This document shows positions 51,036-59,973 of a stretch of 64,000 nt of DNA, piece after piece; position 1 is the stretch's first letter, and every line of letters starts with the position of its first letter. The notes under the pieces are model-generated. The model was not told where the DNA came from. It did not search any database and saw only the letters and a list, made by a program, of their open reading frames with translations. Where the stretch lies: contig NZ_CAXBGF010000006.1 in NCBI RefSeq assembly GCF_963975365.1, positions 57,718 to 121,717 of the forward strand, written 5' to 3'. The stretch is from an uncultured Maribacter sp. Its GTDB lineage: Bacteria > Bacteroidota > Bacteroidia > Flavobacteriales > Flavobacteriaceae. Made by a program: the position numbers and the translations under genes.

Positions 51036-51165
51036 AGTTGTTTTTTCGTTTAAGCGCCATAAAAGTAAGGAGTTTTAATGAGAATATAGATGAAATACCC
51101 ATAACGGTTTAAGCTAGTTTATGGTCAAATTGTATTAAATTACGTAAGTATTAAAAACTATTTCT

Positions 51166-51633
51166 ATGAAAATACCTTTAATTTTTATTTTTGGTTTGAT
51201 GAATTTGATTGTGTTTGCTCAGACTGAAGAGGAATTACAAGTGAAGAAAACCATCGTTGAATTTTTCGATGCATTTCATGCCCAAGATTCAATTGCTATA
51301 AAGCAAACGGTTTACCCAACAATACTATTACAAACAATTGGAGTTGATAAAGAAGGGAAACCTATTTTGAAAACTGAAAATTTTGACGATTTAGTGAAAT
51401 CAATCACTAGTATACCAGATTCTACAAACTTTCAAGAACGAATAATGAGTTATTCTATTCAAATTGATGGAAATATGGCAAATGCCTGGACACCCTACCA
51501 ATTTTGGATTAACAGTGAATTCCATCATTGCGGAGTAAACTCTTTTCAACTTTTTAGGGAAGAAAATACTTGGAAAATAATTTACTTAATAGATACCCGT
51601 AGAAAAAGTGATTGTTCAGTTTTATCAGAATAG
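51166..51633 (+). CDS. NTF2-like (SnoaL/DUF4440-type) secreted protein
   Basis: Signal peptide plus a ~130-aa alpha+beta cone-like sequence (VEFFDAFHAQD...WKIIYLIDT). Family call is tentative. Confidence 0.6.
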   Translation: MKIPLIFIFGLMNLIVFAQTEEELQVKKTIVEFFDAFHAQDSIAIKQTVYPTILLQTIGVDKEGKPILKTENFDDLVKSITSIPDSTNFQERIMSYSIQIDGNMANAWTPYQFWINSEFHHCGVNSFQLFREENTWKIIYLIDTRRKSDCSVLSE

Positions 51634-51646
51634 AATTTCATTTATA

Positions 51647-52684
51647 TTATTTCCACGCTCTTGATGTGGTACTATCGGCAGTTGGAAAATCTTTAGGTAT
51701 TTCTTGGGTTACTGTACCTGTGGCTGCCCATTCAGTGCCACGTTGCAATGTGGTTATAAACCCTACACATTCCATTGAATAATCGAAATGACCTAAAGTA
51801 GAATGAAATACACGGCCTTTACCATAGTTGATGGCCATTAGTTGTGGAACATTTTGACCTAGACCTTTTACTGTTGGATCCCATGGTGGTGCATTTTTCT
51901 CTACATCGGCAAAGGCAGTTGCTAAAATTATGGCATTCTCAAAAGGTCCTCTCATACGTTCGTACAATTCATCTGGCGTATGTAACCAATTGCTAGGTAA
52001 ACCATTCATTATTGGATGTTCTAATGCTCTGGTAGTTAATTGAAATTCATATTCAGGCCCATGAGAACCACATACTCCCTCGGTAGAATCTTTTACAATT
52101 TCACCAGCATCGTTATAATAAACGTAAGGGCCTGATTTTTCGTCGCGACCTCCCCAAGCACCTAAGCCAATCATTTTATTGAATTCTTCCCATTCTCCCC
52201 ATGCATTATTAGCAGCATGAATAACAACAAAACCACCGCCATTTGCCATATAAGATTCAAAATCTTTTCTGGTGTTTTCTGGCCATAGAGGAGATTCTGC
52301 TCCCAAATTTGAAATAATAACATTGTAATCATTAAAATTAAGAGTGAAATTAGATGTTTTTATTGGGCTGTCAGATATGTTATAGGTTTTATCTGTTAAT
52401 GGGTGTGATTCAATAAAAGAACTATACCCTTCTGGTCTTGTTTGATTATATTTAATACCCAGCCATACTGAATCCATTCGATGAATATCAACTGTGAAGA
52501 GATTTGTCTCTTCTAAATAATCTTTCATCATCATAGTGGTCTTAGGCCAAACATAGTGATTGTTTTGACCATCGATAATTAATGCTTTAAGCTTTGTTGG
52601 AGGTTGTTCTATAACTTCTTTTTTTTTCTCTCCACAAGAAATTAGTACTAAACAAAATATTAAAAGTGCCATCAGTTTTTTCAT
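51647..52684 (-). CDS. ThuA-domain lipoprotein
   Basis: The internal ATG gives the lipoprotein signal MKKLMALLIFCLVLISCG. GGGFVVIHAANNAW is typical of ThuA-like class-I glutamine-amidotransferase-fold proteins. Confidence 0.75.
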   Translation of the reverse strand: MKKLMALLIFCLVLISCGEKKKEVIEQPPTKLKALIIDGQNNHYVWPKTTMMMKDYLEETNLFTVDIHRMDSVWLGIKYNQTRPEGYSSFIESHPLTDKTYNISDSPIKTSNFTLNFNDYNVIISNLGAESPLWPENTRKDFESYMANGGGFVVIHAANNAWGEWEEFNKMIGLGAWGGRDEKSGPYVYYNDAGEIVKDSTEGVCGSHGPEYEFQLTTRALEHPIMNGLPSNWLHTPDELYERMRGPFENAIILATAFADVEKNAPPWDPTVKGLGQNVPQLMAINYGKGRVFHSTLGHFDYSMECVGFITTLQRGTEWAATGTVTQEIPKDFPTADSTTSRAWK

Positions 52685-52850
52685 GAGAGTGATATTATAG
52701 TTGAAAAGGATAAAATAATTATTTGACTTTAAATGTACATGAAGTATATAAGATAACAAAACCAATATCGTTCGACAGTTTTTCTAATGAATAATCGTAA
52801 ACTTTTTGTGGATGATTAAAGTTGGATATACATTAGCAACTTAATTAAAA

Positions 52851-53384
52851 ATGAATACAATGAAAATACTAGGAATAGGGTCAAGGATTTTACATGCAGA
52901 TTTCGGTAAAGGGGTGGTTACCAATGTGTCTTCAAACCAATATTGGGTGACATTCATGGATAAGGGATTGGAAACGATTGAAATCGATGCCGATTTTGAA
53001 GTTATAGAAGCGATAAGCAATGAAGTTGATACGGTTAGTTTTTTTGATGTAGAAAGTTCCCTGGTCGAAATTCTTCAAAAATGGAGCGATGTAACTCAGC
53101 GGGTTGCAATTGCCGATAAGTGGAAAGGTGGTAATCTTGTTTTAGAACCAGGCGAAGCTGGTATAAGTAACAAGGAAATTCCTATTAACACCTTTTTTCA
53201 TAAAATAGTGATGGTGAGAGACCGTATTCGAGTTATGGAACAGAAAATAAACTCTAGTAAGAATTTAGATGACCAAGAAAAGGTTGATTTACAACAATAT
53301 ATAACTCGAATCTATGGAAGTTTAACAACATTCAATGTGCTTTTTAAGAATAAAAGCGACCATTTTGTGGGGGAGAAGAGTTAG
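52851..53384 (+). CDS. Hypothetical protein with Tudor/SH3-like N-terminus
   Basis: 177-aa ORF. The N-terminal GSRILHADFGKGVVTNV resembles the C-terminal Tudor-like motif of UvrD/PcrA helicases. The rest is unrecognised. Confidence 0.5.
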   Translation: MNTMKILGIGSRILHADFGKGVVTNVSSNQYWVTFMDKGLETIEIDADFEVIEAISNEVDTVSFFDVESSLVEILQKWSDVTQRVAIADKWKGGNLVLEPGEAGISNKEIPINTFFHKIVMVRDRIRVMEQKINSSKNLDDQEKVDLQQYITRIYGSLTTFNVLFKNKSDHFVGEKS

Positions 53385-53418
53385 TGATAAATGAGTCAAA
53401 AAGCTACTACTTGTCATG

Positions 53419-54446
53419 TTATTTTTGAACATGAAGTGATTTTATAACCTCGTATTTTTTATTGATAACGGATTGATTTAAACTATGAGCAGCATCTGAA
53501 ACCAAAAAAAATATCCTTTTCTAGGAGCCTTTATTCTTTCAAAATAAAACTTGTTCAAGTTCTTTGAAGCTAAGATGTCGTTCGAACCTTGTATTAAAAA
53601 TATTGGCAAATGAAAAACCATACCGGTTTTCTCAAAGTCAATATCCTGTACCATTGAAGTAACTCCGATATTTTTATCGCCTACCAAATTTAAAAATGAA
53701 TAATCATCACCATTATATCTGTCATTATTATCTTTAATATTATCACAAGACGGGGCTATTTTCCACCAGGAAGAAGGTGCGTAAGTTGAATTCTCATTCT
53801 CAAATTGCTTCACAATACGTAATAGTTGTCCATGATTTTTAGCTTTAGTATATAGTGGTGGCCCTAAAGTTTCTATGTTTTCTATGGCTATTGTATTTTT
53901 TGCATTACTTGCCATTTTGTAAACTTCAATATAAGCATTCTTTATACTGTTCGAAAAATTCACAAACTGTTCATGGCCTATATAAGTATGGAATAAATCT
54001 GGTTGGTATAAAACCATTTAAGTTGCCAAAATTGACCCCCAAGATGTGCCAACAAGAATAACTTTTCTTTTATTTAGATATTTAAGCAGGTATTGGGTTA
54101 GTTCAATACCATCATTCGTCATTTGTTCAATAGTTAAAGGGTTATTCATATAGAAATCTTTATTTATTTCTTTTGGAATGTTGTTACCAAAGGTTTTTTC
54201 AGCTCCCTTTTGGTCCCATATAAACTCTTTAGACCAACTGTCATAAATATCATCTTTATACTGACTCATAGTATTGTCTGGCCCACCATGAATAAAAAGA
54301 ATAACAGGGTTGGTAATATACCTTAATTGTAATTCATTGTTCAATATCACCGATAGGCAAAAAATGTTCTTTTAAAATATTGCTTTGGCCAAATAAGGTA
54401 AACATGATCAAAATAAAAAATATAAAAAAAGAGAGTTAACTTTCAT
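53419..54446 (-). pseudogene. Alpha/beta hydrolase (secreted) inactivated by one in-frame TAA and homopolymer frameshifts
   Basis: ORFs 54018-54350 and 53478-54017 share a frame and are separated only by TAA (54018-54020), directly followed by ATG. The HGGP oxyanion motif, the nucleophile GTSWGS and GSNDIL are present. The signal peptide (MKVNSLFLYFLF/LIMFTLFGQ) is in other frames across T-runs. The catalytic-His segment (LVSDAAHSLNQ) is in the +1 frame after an 8-nt homopolymer (53504-53511). Confidence 0.7.
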
Positions 54447-54663
54447 GCGCCTATAATAGATTCTATTAATTAATTCGATGAATGAATGAGTTACATAGAT
54501 ATTTATCTATTTCAATTCAGAGGGCTAGCTAAGCTTTGTTTACATAACTTAATATATAATTGGTAAACTTCAAACTACCCAGAAGCATAACAATGTAAAT
54601 AGGAATTGATTTAAGATAGATAGCTTGTTATTTAAGCAATAAATTTGGAAGCCACATTGAATT

Positions 54664-55647
54664 TCATTGGTAAAGCTTTTCTTTGTTTTTATGATATTCC
54701 ATCCAAAGCTTAATTCTCCCAACAAACATTTTAAGATAGTTCTCTGTTAAAAATACATTAGACCAATCAAATCTTTTTGCTTGTACACCTAAATAAAACA
54801 TAAAAGTTGCGGCACCAGCGATTGGTAATACGTTGATTTCTTGGTTGGTTAATACTCTAGTTTTTTGATATCCGTTTAAGAAACTCTTAACTTTAAGTTG
54901 GTATTGCTCTTTGTCGGTTTCAATGAAGAATAATTGTTTGCAGAAATAGGCAATATCTAAAATTTGTGAACCGTTTCCGCAAAAATCAAAATCGAATAAA
55001 GTGATTTCATTGTCATTTAAAACAGACATATTATCATACCATATATCCATATGAACAACACCATTGTTTTTGTCGAAAAAGTCTTCATCATTAAAAGATT
55101 CACCCAATTCTTTTAAGTATTTCATTTCAGGTAATGATTCTGAGAAGAAATGTGTTAATTGTTGATAGGGGAGTTCTATAAGTGATTGTTTGGCATAATT
55201 AAGACGTTCAATCTTTTTGTTAAAAGTTAGTTGGTGCATTTTACCCATATTGCTGCCAATATTGAATAGTGTCTCATGATTCATGAATCTTATTTTATCA
55301 CCTTTAGAAAAAGAGAAAAGAACAACATAACGTATACCTTCAGGAGCAGTTATTTCTTGAATATAATTTTCTTCGCAATCATGAATTGGTACCGAAACAC
55401 TCAATGCATTTTCTTTGAGAAATTTTAGAAGTCCTAATTCTTCATTGATTTCATTTTTCGACCTCCAATTGTGGCTGTATACCCTTAAGACAAATTTTGC
55501 TTCATGGTTAGAAAGAAAGTAGGTATGATTCATTCCAGTCCTAATTAAGCTACACTGGTAATTTTCATGTAGGCCGTATTTTTCTTTTACAAACTCACCC
55601 AATTCTTTTGCTGATAGGATAGAAGCTATGACAGGAAATGCTTTCAT
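54664..55647 (-). CDS. Phosphotransferase (APH/homoserine kinase type II-like) family protein
   Basis: 327 aa. Kinase-like Brenner motif (VHMDIWYDN) and DFDF metal-binding motif. Confidence 0.8.
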   Translation of the reverse strand: MKAFPVIASILSAKELGEFVKEKYGLHENYQCSLIRTGMNHTYFLSNHEAKFVLRVYSHNWRSKNEINEELGLLKFLKENALSVSVPIHDCEENYIQEITAPEGIRYVVLFSFSKGDKIRFMNHETLFNIGSNMGKMHQLTFNKKIERLNYAKQSLIELPYQQLTHFFSESLPEMKYLKELGESFNDEDFFDKNNGVVHMDIWYDNMSVLNDNEITLFDFDFCGNGSQILDIAYFCKQLFFIETDKEQYQLKVKSFLNGYQKTRVLTNQEINVLPIAGAATFMFYLGVQAKRFDWSNVFLTENYLKMFVGRIKLWMEYHKNKEKLYQ

Positions 55648-55846
55648 AGTAGACTTGAATTTTAATCAATTATTGTTGTCAAAAGAAACCTAAAAAGGTA
55701 AATGTAAAAATAACCCTAAATCTAAAGAGGTTAATGGATTGTCCGAGATTACTTAATAGTGTATAATTAACTAATTTTTTAAGGTAAACTCATTGAAAAT
55801 GAGTAAATTCTAATTTACATTTATAACCTATATAAAATCAATAAAC

Positions 55847-56476
55847 ATGGCACTGAAAAAACAAATAAAAGATAAAGGGGCAAATACTTTAGTAACCTTT
55901 TCAATTGGTGAAAACGAGGCTCCTAGCTCATCAAATGTTTTGTTGTTGGGTGATTTTAATAATTGGCAAAGTAATGACAGTACTTTTCAAATGGAAAAGA
56001 AAGGCAACACGTATGTAAAAAGTATAAGGCTTGAAAATGGTAAGCGTTATGAGTTTCGATATTTAAGTGATGACAAAGGTTGGTTCAATGATCATGCAGC
56101 CGATGATTATGTACCTTCACCTTATACTGGTATTCAAAACAGTGTTGTTGATTTGAGTAAAATACCTCTAAAAGAGAAGCCGTTAAAAAAAACAATTAAG
56201 AAAGCCTCAGCAAAACCGATAGCAAAAACGGTTAAAAAGTCTAAAAAGGATGATTTAAAAAAAATTGAGGGCATTGGACCTAAAATCGCGACTATCTTAA
56301 CTGAAAACGGATTAGAAACTTTTGAAAAACTAAGTAAAGCATCTGTTAAAGTATTAGAGGGTATTCTTAAAGAAGCGGGTTCTCGCTATGCAATGCATAA
56401 ACCGAACTCTTGGCCAAAACAGGCAAAATTGGCGAGTGCAGACAAATGGGACGAACTAAAAAAAACTACAAGATAA
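55847..56476 (+). CDS. Glycogen-binding (CBM48/E-set-like) domain protein with C-terminal helix-hairpin-helix region
   Basis: LLLGDFNNWQ...YEFRYLSDDKGWFND matches CBM48/AMPK-beta-like modules. This is followed by a K-rich linker and IEGIGPKIATIL (HhH). Confidence 0.6.
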   Translation: MALKKQIKDKGANTLVTFSIGENEAPSSSNVLLLGDFNNWQSNDSTFQMEKKGNTYVKSIRLENGKRYEFRYLSDDKGWFNDHAADDYVPSPYTGIQNSVVDLSKIPLKEKPLKKTIKKASAKPIAKTVKKSKKDDLKKIEGIGPKIATILTENGLETFEKLSKASVKVLEGILKEAGSRYAMHKPNSWPKQAKLASADKWDELKKTTR

Positions 56477-56811
56477 ATTAGATGGTGGTAAATAATTACC
56501 TAAAAGGGTAAGAACAAGTATTTTAAAATATTCAAAAGACTAACCGCCTAATGAATTGTTTTTTTTGTGCTTTTTGGTGGAAATATATTTGAATTATTGT
56601 AGGTTTTTACTGGTGAAAATCAGGTTTAAATTTTTAATGATTCTATTTTCTACATTCATTATTATTATTGAAGAGAGCTTTTTACCAAATAGAAACTAGT
56701 ACATGAAAATTATGTAAAATACCATATAGAATGCTTAGAGTATACCCATTATCTATTTACATTATTTTAGAATTGCTAATGTGATATAGGACTATTTTGA
56801 AAAATAGCTTT

Positions 56812-57588
56812 TTAAACGGCCTCCTTTTTCTCTGAAAGATATTTCCAGTATCTTTTTGGTACATGTTGTACATGTAGTTTAGTATTAATACGAGATCTGA
56901 TGGTTGTACTTTGAAAGTAATTGTTCCAAAGATTTTGGTAATCATATTCCGTATCAGTAAAAACAGCGCTTTTTCCAATTTGGTTAGTGTGAATATCAGA
57001 AAGATCTAGAGATATTATTTCGACTCTTTGCAAATCATAAAATAAACCATATGTACGCTTTACGTCATAAATAATCCATTGTTGGTCTGTGTAACGGTTT
57101 CTAAAATGTTTAGATATTAAAGGAAGAACGTCAAAATCAGGTTCTATGTTGGCGAGGTACACATCGTCTTTGGTTAATTGAAAACGTACAAAAGCCTCCA
57201 TACGGTGTTTTTCTCTTCCTACTTTATGTGCTAGTTGATTAATTTTTAAAATACAATCATCGCTATAATCGTTAGTGCTTTTATATTTACTACCCATTAA
57301 TTTTTGTATATAATGGTAGAGGAGGGCTTCTATATTATTTTGTTCGCTTAAGAATGCGAAGTAAATATTTTTTATAGCGCTATTACTTTTATTACGTATA
57401 CCATTCCAAACCCGTTGTGCTTTTTCAACGTTAGTGAAGATGATTTCTGTTTCGGCAAATAGACCACTTTGTATTTGTCCTTGTCGTTGAATGTCGGCAT
57501 GAGGTATTTTTTGTTCGAATCCGATAAAAACGGCAGTTAGAAAACCATTAAAACTACCATCATAAATTAAGGTTTTTGTAGTATTCAT
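56812..57588 (-). CDS. TIGR03915-family (DUF4130) putative DNA metabolism protein, partner of the radical SAM protein
   Basis: 258 aa. The N-terminal YDGSFNGFLTAVF and C-terminal NLWNNYFQSTTIRSRINTKLHVQHVPKRYWKYL are typical of the family, which is always paired with TIGR03916. Confidence 0.8.
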   Translation of the reverse strand: MNTTKTLIYDGSFNGFLTAVFIGFEQKIPHADIQRQGQIQSGLFAETEIIFTNVEKAQRVWNGIRNKSNSAIKNIYFAFLSEQNNIEALLYHYIQKLMGSKYKSTNDYSDDCILKINQLAHKVGREKHRMEAFVRFQLTKDDVYLANIEPDFDVLPLISKHFRNRYTDQQWIIYDVKRTYGLFYDLQRVEIISLDLSDIHTNQIGKSAVFTDTEYDYQNLWNNYFQSTTIRSRINTKLHVQHVPKRYWKYLSEKKEAV

Positions 57589-57796
57589 TAGAGCAAATTT
57601 AGAAGTTGAATAAAAAGGCGTTGATAAAAATTTTAAGCTGTTTTTTGAGCTTGCTTTTTAGCATAACCACTTGGTAGCCTACGGCTAAAATTTGTACCTG
57701 ACTTCGTGCTAAAATAGAACTAGAGTTTTTATACTTACGTGCATTTAAAGCGGTATTTAAATTTTCCATGATGATTGAAATTAATAAAGTATAACT

Positions 57797-59056
57797 TTAA
57801 TTAAATATAGATAATTCATTGCTATAGTGTTTTTTGAATTTACTATTTTGAGTTTGTAATATCATTCCTTTTATTTTAAATGCATCTAAATCTCTTCGTT
57901 CCCAATCGTTAGAATTACAAATGATAAAATACTTGGCTCGATTAAGGGCAACGCCCATTTTCTTTAAATGGTCCCAACTTAGGTTTCTGTATTTTCTTCC
58001 ATTAATGATTTTTTGCACAGAGCTCATGCCGATTCCCGGTATACGGGCTAATATGTGATTTTCTGCTTTATTTATATCTACAGGAAAATAATTTAAGTTT
58101 CGTAAAGCCCACATTAATTTGGAATCTATATCCATTTCAAGATTCGGATTATCGGTATCTAAAATTTCCTTCACACTGAAACCATAAAAGCGTAAAAGCC
58201 AATCGGTCTGGTATAATCTATTTTCGCGTAACATAGGAACCTCTGCTCCTAAGGATGGTAACCGGCTATCAGTAGATATTGGAACATAACCAGAATAATA
58301 TACCCGTTTCATTTTATGATTTTTGTAAAAATGAGAGGCAGCATACATAATGTCCTTATCGCTTTCCCCAGTAGCACCAATAATCATTTGTGTGCTTTGT
58401 CCTGCCGGAGCATATTTAGCTGTGCTTTGTATTATTTTACGTTCTTCATGATATCGTATTATTTCATTTTTTACCTTAAACATTGGTTTTATGAAATCTT
58501 CATGTTTTTTATCTGGAGCAAGTAATTTAAGGCCGGATATTGTGGGGATTTCTATATTCACCGATAACCGGTCTGCATATAATCCGGCCTCATACATTAA
58601 TTCATCACTTGTACCAGGTATAGATTTTATATGGATGTAGCCATTAAAATTTTCTTCTTCTCGAATTTTTTTTGCCACAGCAATAAGGCGTTCCATCGTA
58701 TGGTCGGCACTTTTAAAGATACCAGAACTCAAAAAAAGACCTTCAATATAATTTCTTCTATAAAAGTTTATGGTTAAATCAACCATCTGCTGAATTTTAA
58801 AGGCGGCTCTTTTAATATCATTACTCTTACGCGTAACGCAATAGGCGCAATCAAATATGCAATGATTGGTTAGTAGAATTTTCAAGAGTGAAACACAACG
58901 ACCATCTTCGGTATACGTAAGGCAAATGCCATTACCTGTATCGCCAAGTCCATTGTCCTTATTTTTTCGATTACTACCACTACTAGAGCATAATACATCG
59001 TATTTGGCCGCATCTGCCAAAATGCTCAATTTTTCTTTAATTCTATCAAAATCCAT
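57797..59056 (-). CDS. Putative DNA modification/repair radical SAM protein (TIGR03916 family)
   Basis: 419 aa. CxxxCxxC cluster (NHCIFDCAYC) and a C-terminal HhH-like region (IPGIGMSSVQKII). Confidence 0.9.
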   Translation of the reverse strand: MDFDRIKEKLSILADAAKYDVLCSSSGSNRKNKDNGLGDTGNGICLTYTEDGRCVSLLKILLTNHCIFDCAYCVTRKSNDIKRAAFKIQQMVDLTINFYRRNYIEGLFLSSGIFKSADHTMERLIAVAKKIREEENFNGYIHIKSIPGTSDELMYEAGLYADRLSVNIEIPTISGLKLLAPDKKHEDFIKPMFKVKNEIIRYHEERKIIQSTAKYAPAGQSTQMIIGATGESDKDIMYAASHFYKNHKMKRVYYSGYVPISTDSRLPSLGAEVPMLRENRLYQTDWLLRFYGFSVKEILDTDNPNLEMDIDSKLMWALRNLNYFPVDINKAENHILARIPGIGMSSVQKIINGRKYRNLSWDHLKKMGVALNRAKYFIICNSNDWERRDLDAFKIKGMILQTQNSKFKKHYSNELSIFN

Positions 59057-59071
59057 AGCAATACGTAATTA

Positions 59072-59136
59072 ATCCAAAAATATGGATATATTCCTAATTA
59101 TGGAAATAATCCAAATTATATTTTGGAAATAATCCA
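59072..59136. promoter_or_regulatory. Candidate operator array in the divergent promoter region (three TGGA-N5-TCCA sites plus the palindrome ATCCA-N6-TGGAT)
   Basis: TGGAAATAATCCA occurs identically at 59101-59113 and 59124-59136. A degenerate copy, TGGATATATTCCT, is at 59083-59095. ATCCAAAAATATGGAT at 59072-59087 overlaps a minus-strand TAnnTTTG box (59075-59082). Confidence 0.45.
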
Positions 59137-59143
59137 TAATCAT

Positions 59144-59151
59144 TATATTTG
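59144..59151 (+). promoter_or_regulatory. Candidate -7 box (TATATTTG) for the LexA-like repressor gene
   Basis: Exact TAnnTTTG, 45 nt upstream of the ATG at 59197 and immediately downstream of the repeated sites. Confidence 0.45.
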
Positions 59152-59196
59152 ATGAAGATTGAGATTTGGATTGTCTCTACAGAATATTTCAAGGCC

Positions 59197-59964
59197 ATGG
59201 AAAACGAACTGACTTTAAAGCGATTTACAGATTTACGAAGAGAATTAGGATATACGCAAGCAGATTTTGCGGCACTTATTGGTGTCTCTAATACAACTGC
59301 TGATATAGAACGAGGCCGAACTAAACTTTCTGGTAAAGTGATCTTAGAGTTATTGAAACAGTTTAAGATTAATCCGCTTTGGCTTTTCGGGGAAAGTGAA
59401 GAACAATATTTAGAAACTTCTAGAACTAGTGTAATCCCTAAAGTTGTAACTGTTGATTCTGCGAATAGGGACAACATGGTACTTGTAAATGCAAAAGCTG
59501 CCGCAGGTTATCCTCAAAATATTTCAGATACCAGTTGGTATCAACAACTTCCTGCATTTGATTTGCCCATTCCGGAGTTCAGAAATGCAACTTATCGTGG
59601 GTTTCAGGTAGAGGGTGATAGTATGTTGCCTAATCTGCACCCTGGTGAATGGGTGTTGGCAAGAGCAATTGAGCATATCGATTATATAAGTGCGAATAAA
59701 ATGTATGTGGTGGTTTTACAAGATTCTATCATGGTTAAGAAAATTGAGAAACGACCTAATTCAAATGATGTAACTTTGATTTCATTAAATGAAACTTACC
59801 CGCCTTACGATATTAAACCTTTTCAAATACAGGAAATTTGGGAAGTTAGTAGTAAAATAACCTTTAATGTAGATGCAACAACAGATAGTGGATTACTTCG
59901 CCAACTACAGGAGTCTATGCAAGAGTTAAAGAATCAATTACAGCATGTTAAGAAGGTTAATTAA
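59197..59964 (+). CDS. HTH_XRE + S24 peptidase repressor (non-canonical LexA-like / CI-like)
   Basis: N-terminal XRE HTH (LGYTQADFAALIGVSNTTADIERG), Ala-Gly self-cleavage motif (NAKAAAGYP), catalytic Ser (EGDSMLP) and Lys (IMVKKI). I prefer the ATG at 59197 (MENELTLKRF) over 59149. Confidence 0.85.
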   Translation: MENELTLKRFTDLRRELGYTQADFAALIGVSNTTADIERGRTKLSGKVILELLKQFKINPLWLFGESEEQYLETSRTSVIPKVVTVDSANRDNMVLVNAKAAAGYPQNISDTSWYQQLPAFDLPIPEFRNATYRGFQVEGDSMLPNLHPGEWVLARAIEHIDYISANKMYVVVLQDSIMVKKIEKRPNSNDVTLISLNETYPPYDIKPFQIQEIWEVSSKITFNVDATTDSGLLRQLQESMQELKNQLQHVKKVN

Positions 59965-59973
59965 AGTTTTGCT

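Noticed and set aside
53478-54350. Two separate alpha/beta-hydrolase-fragment genes
   Set aside because: They share a frame and are separated by a single TAA. The catalytic triad elements are distributed across both pieces and a shifted frame, so together they form one pseudogene.
56477-56811. 335-nt gap downstream of the CBM48-like gene, with a tiny hydrophobic ORF (VKIRFKFLMILFSTFIIIIEESFLPNRN), plus the overlapping ORF 56757-56978
   Set aside because: I saw no promoter, terminator or structural signal that I could support. The 73-aa ORF overlaps the 3' end of the TIGR03915 gene in another frame. The region is probably spacer or decayed DNA.
59094-59477. 127-aa minus-strand ORF spanning the divergent promoter and the 5' part of the LexA-like gene
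   Set aside because: It is antisense to a well-supported HTH/S24 gene and runs through the operator/promoter region, so it is an implausible gene.
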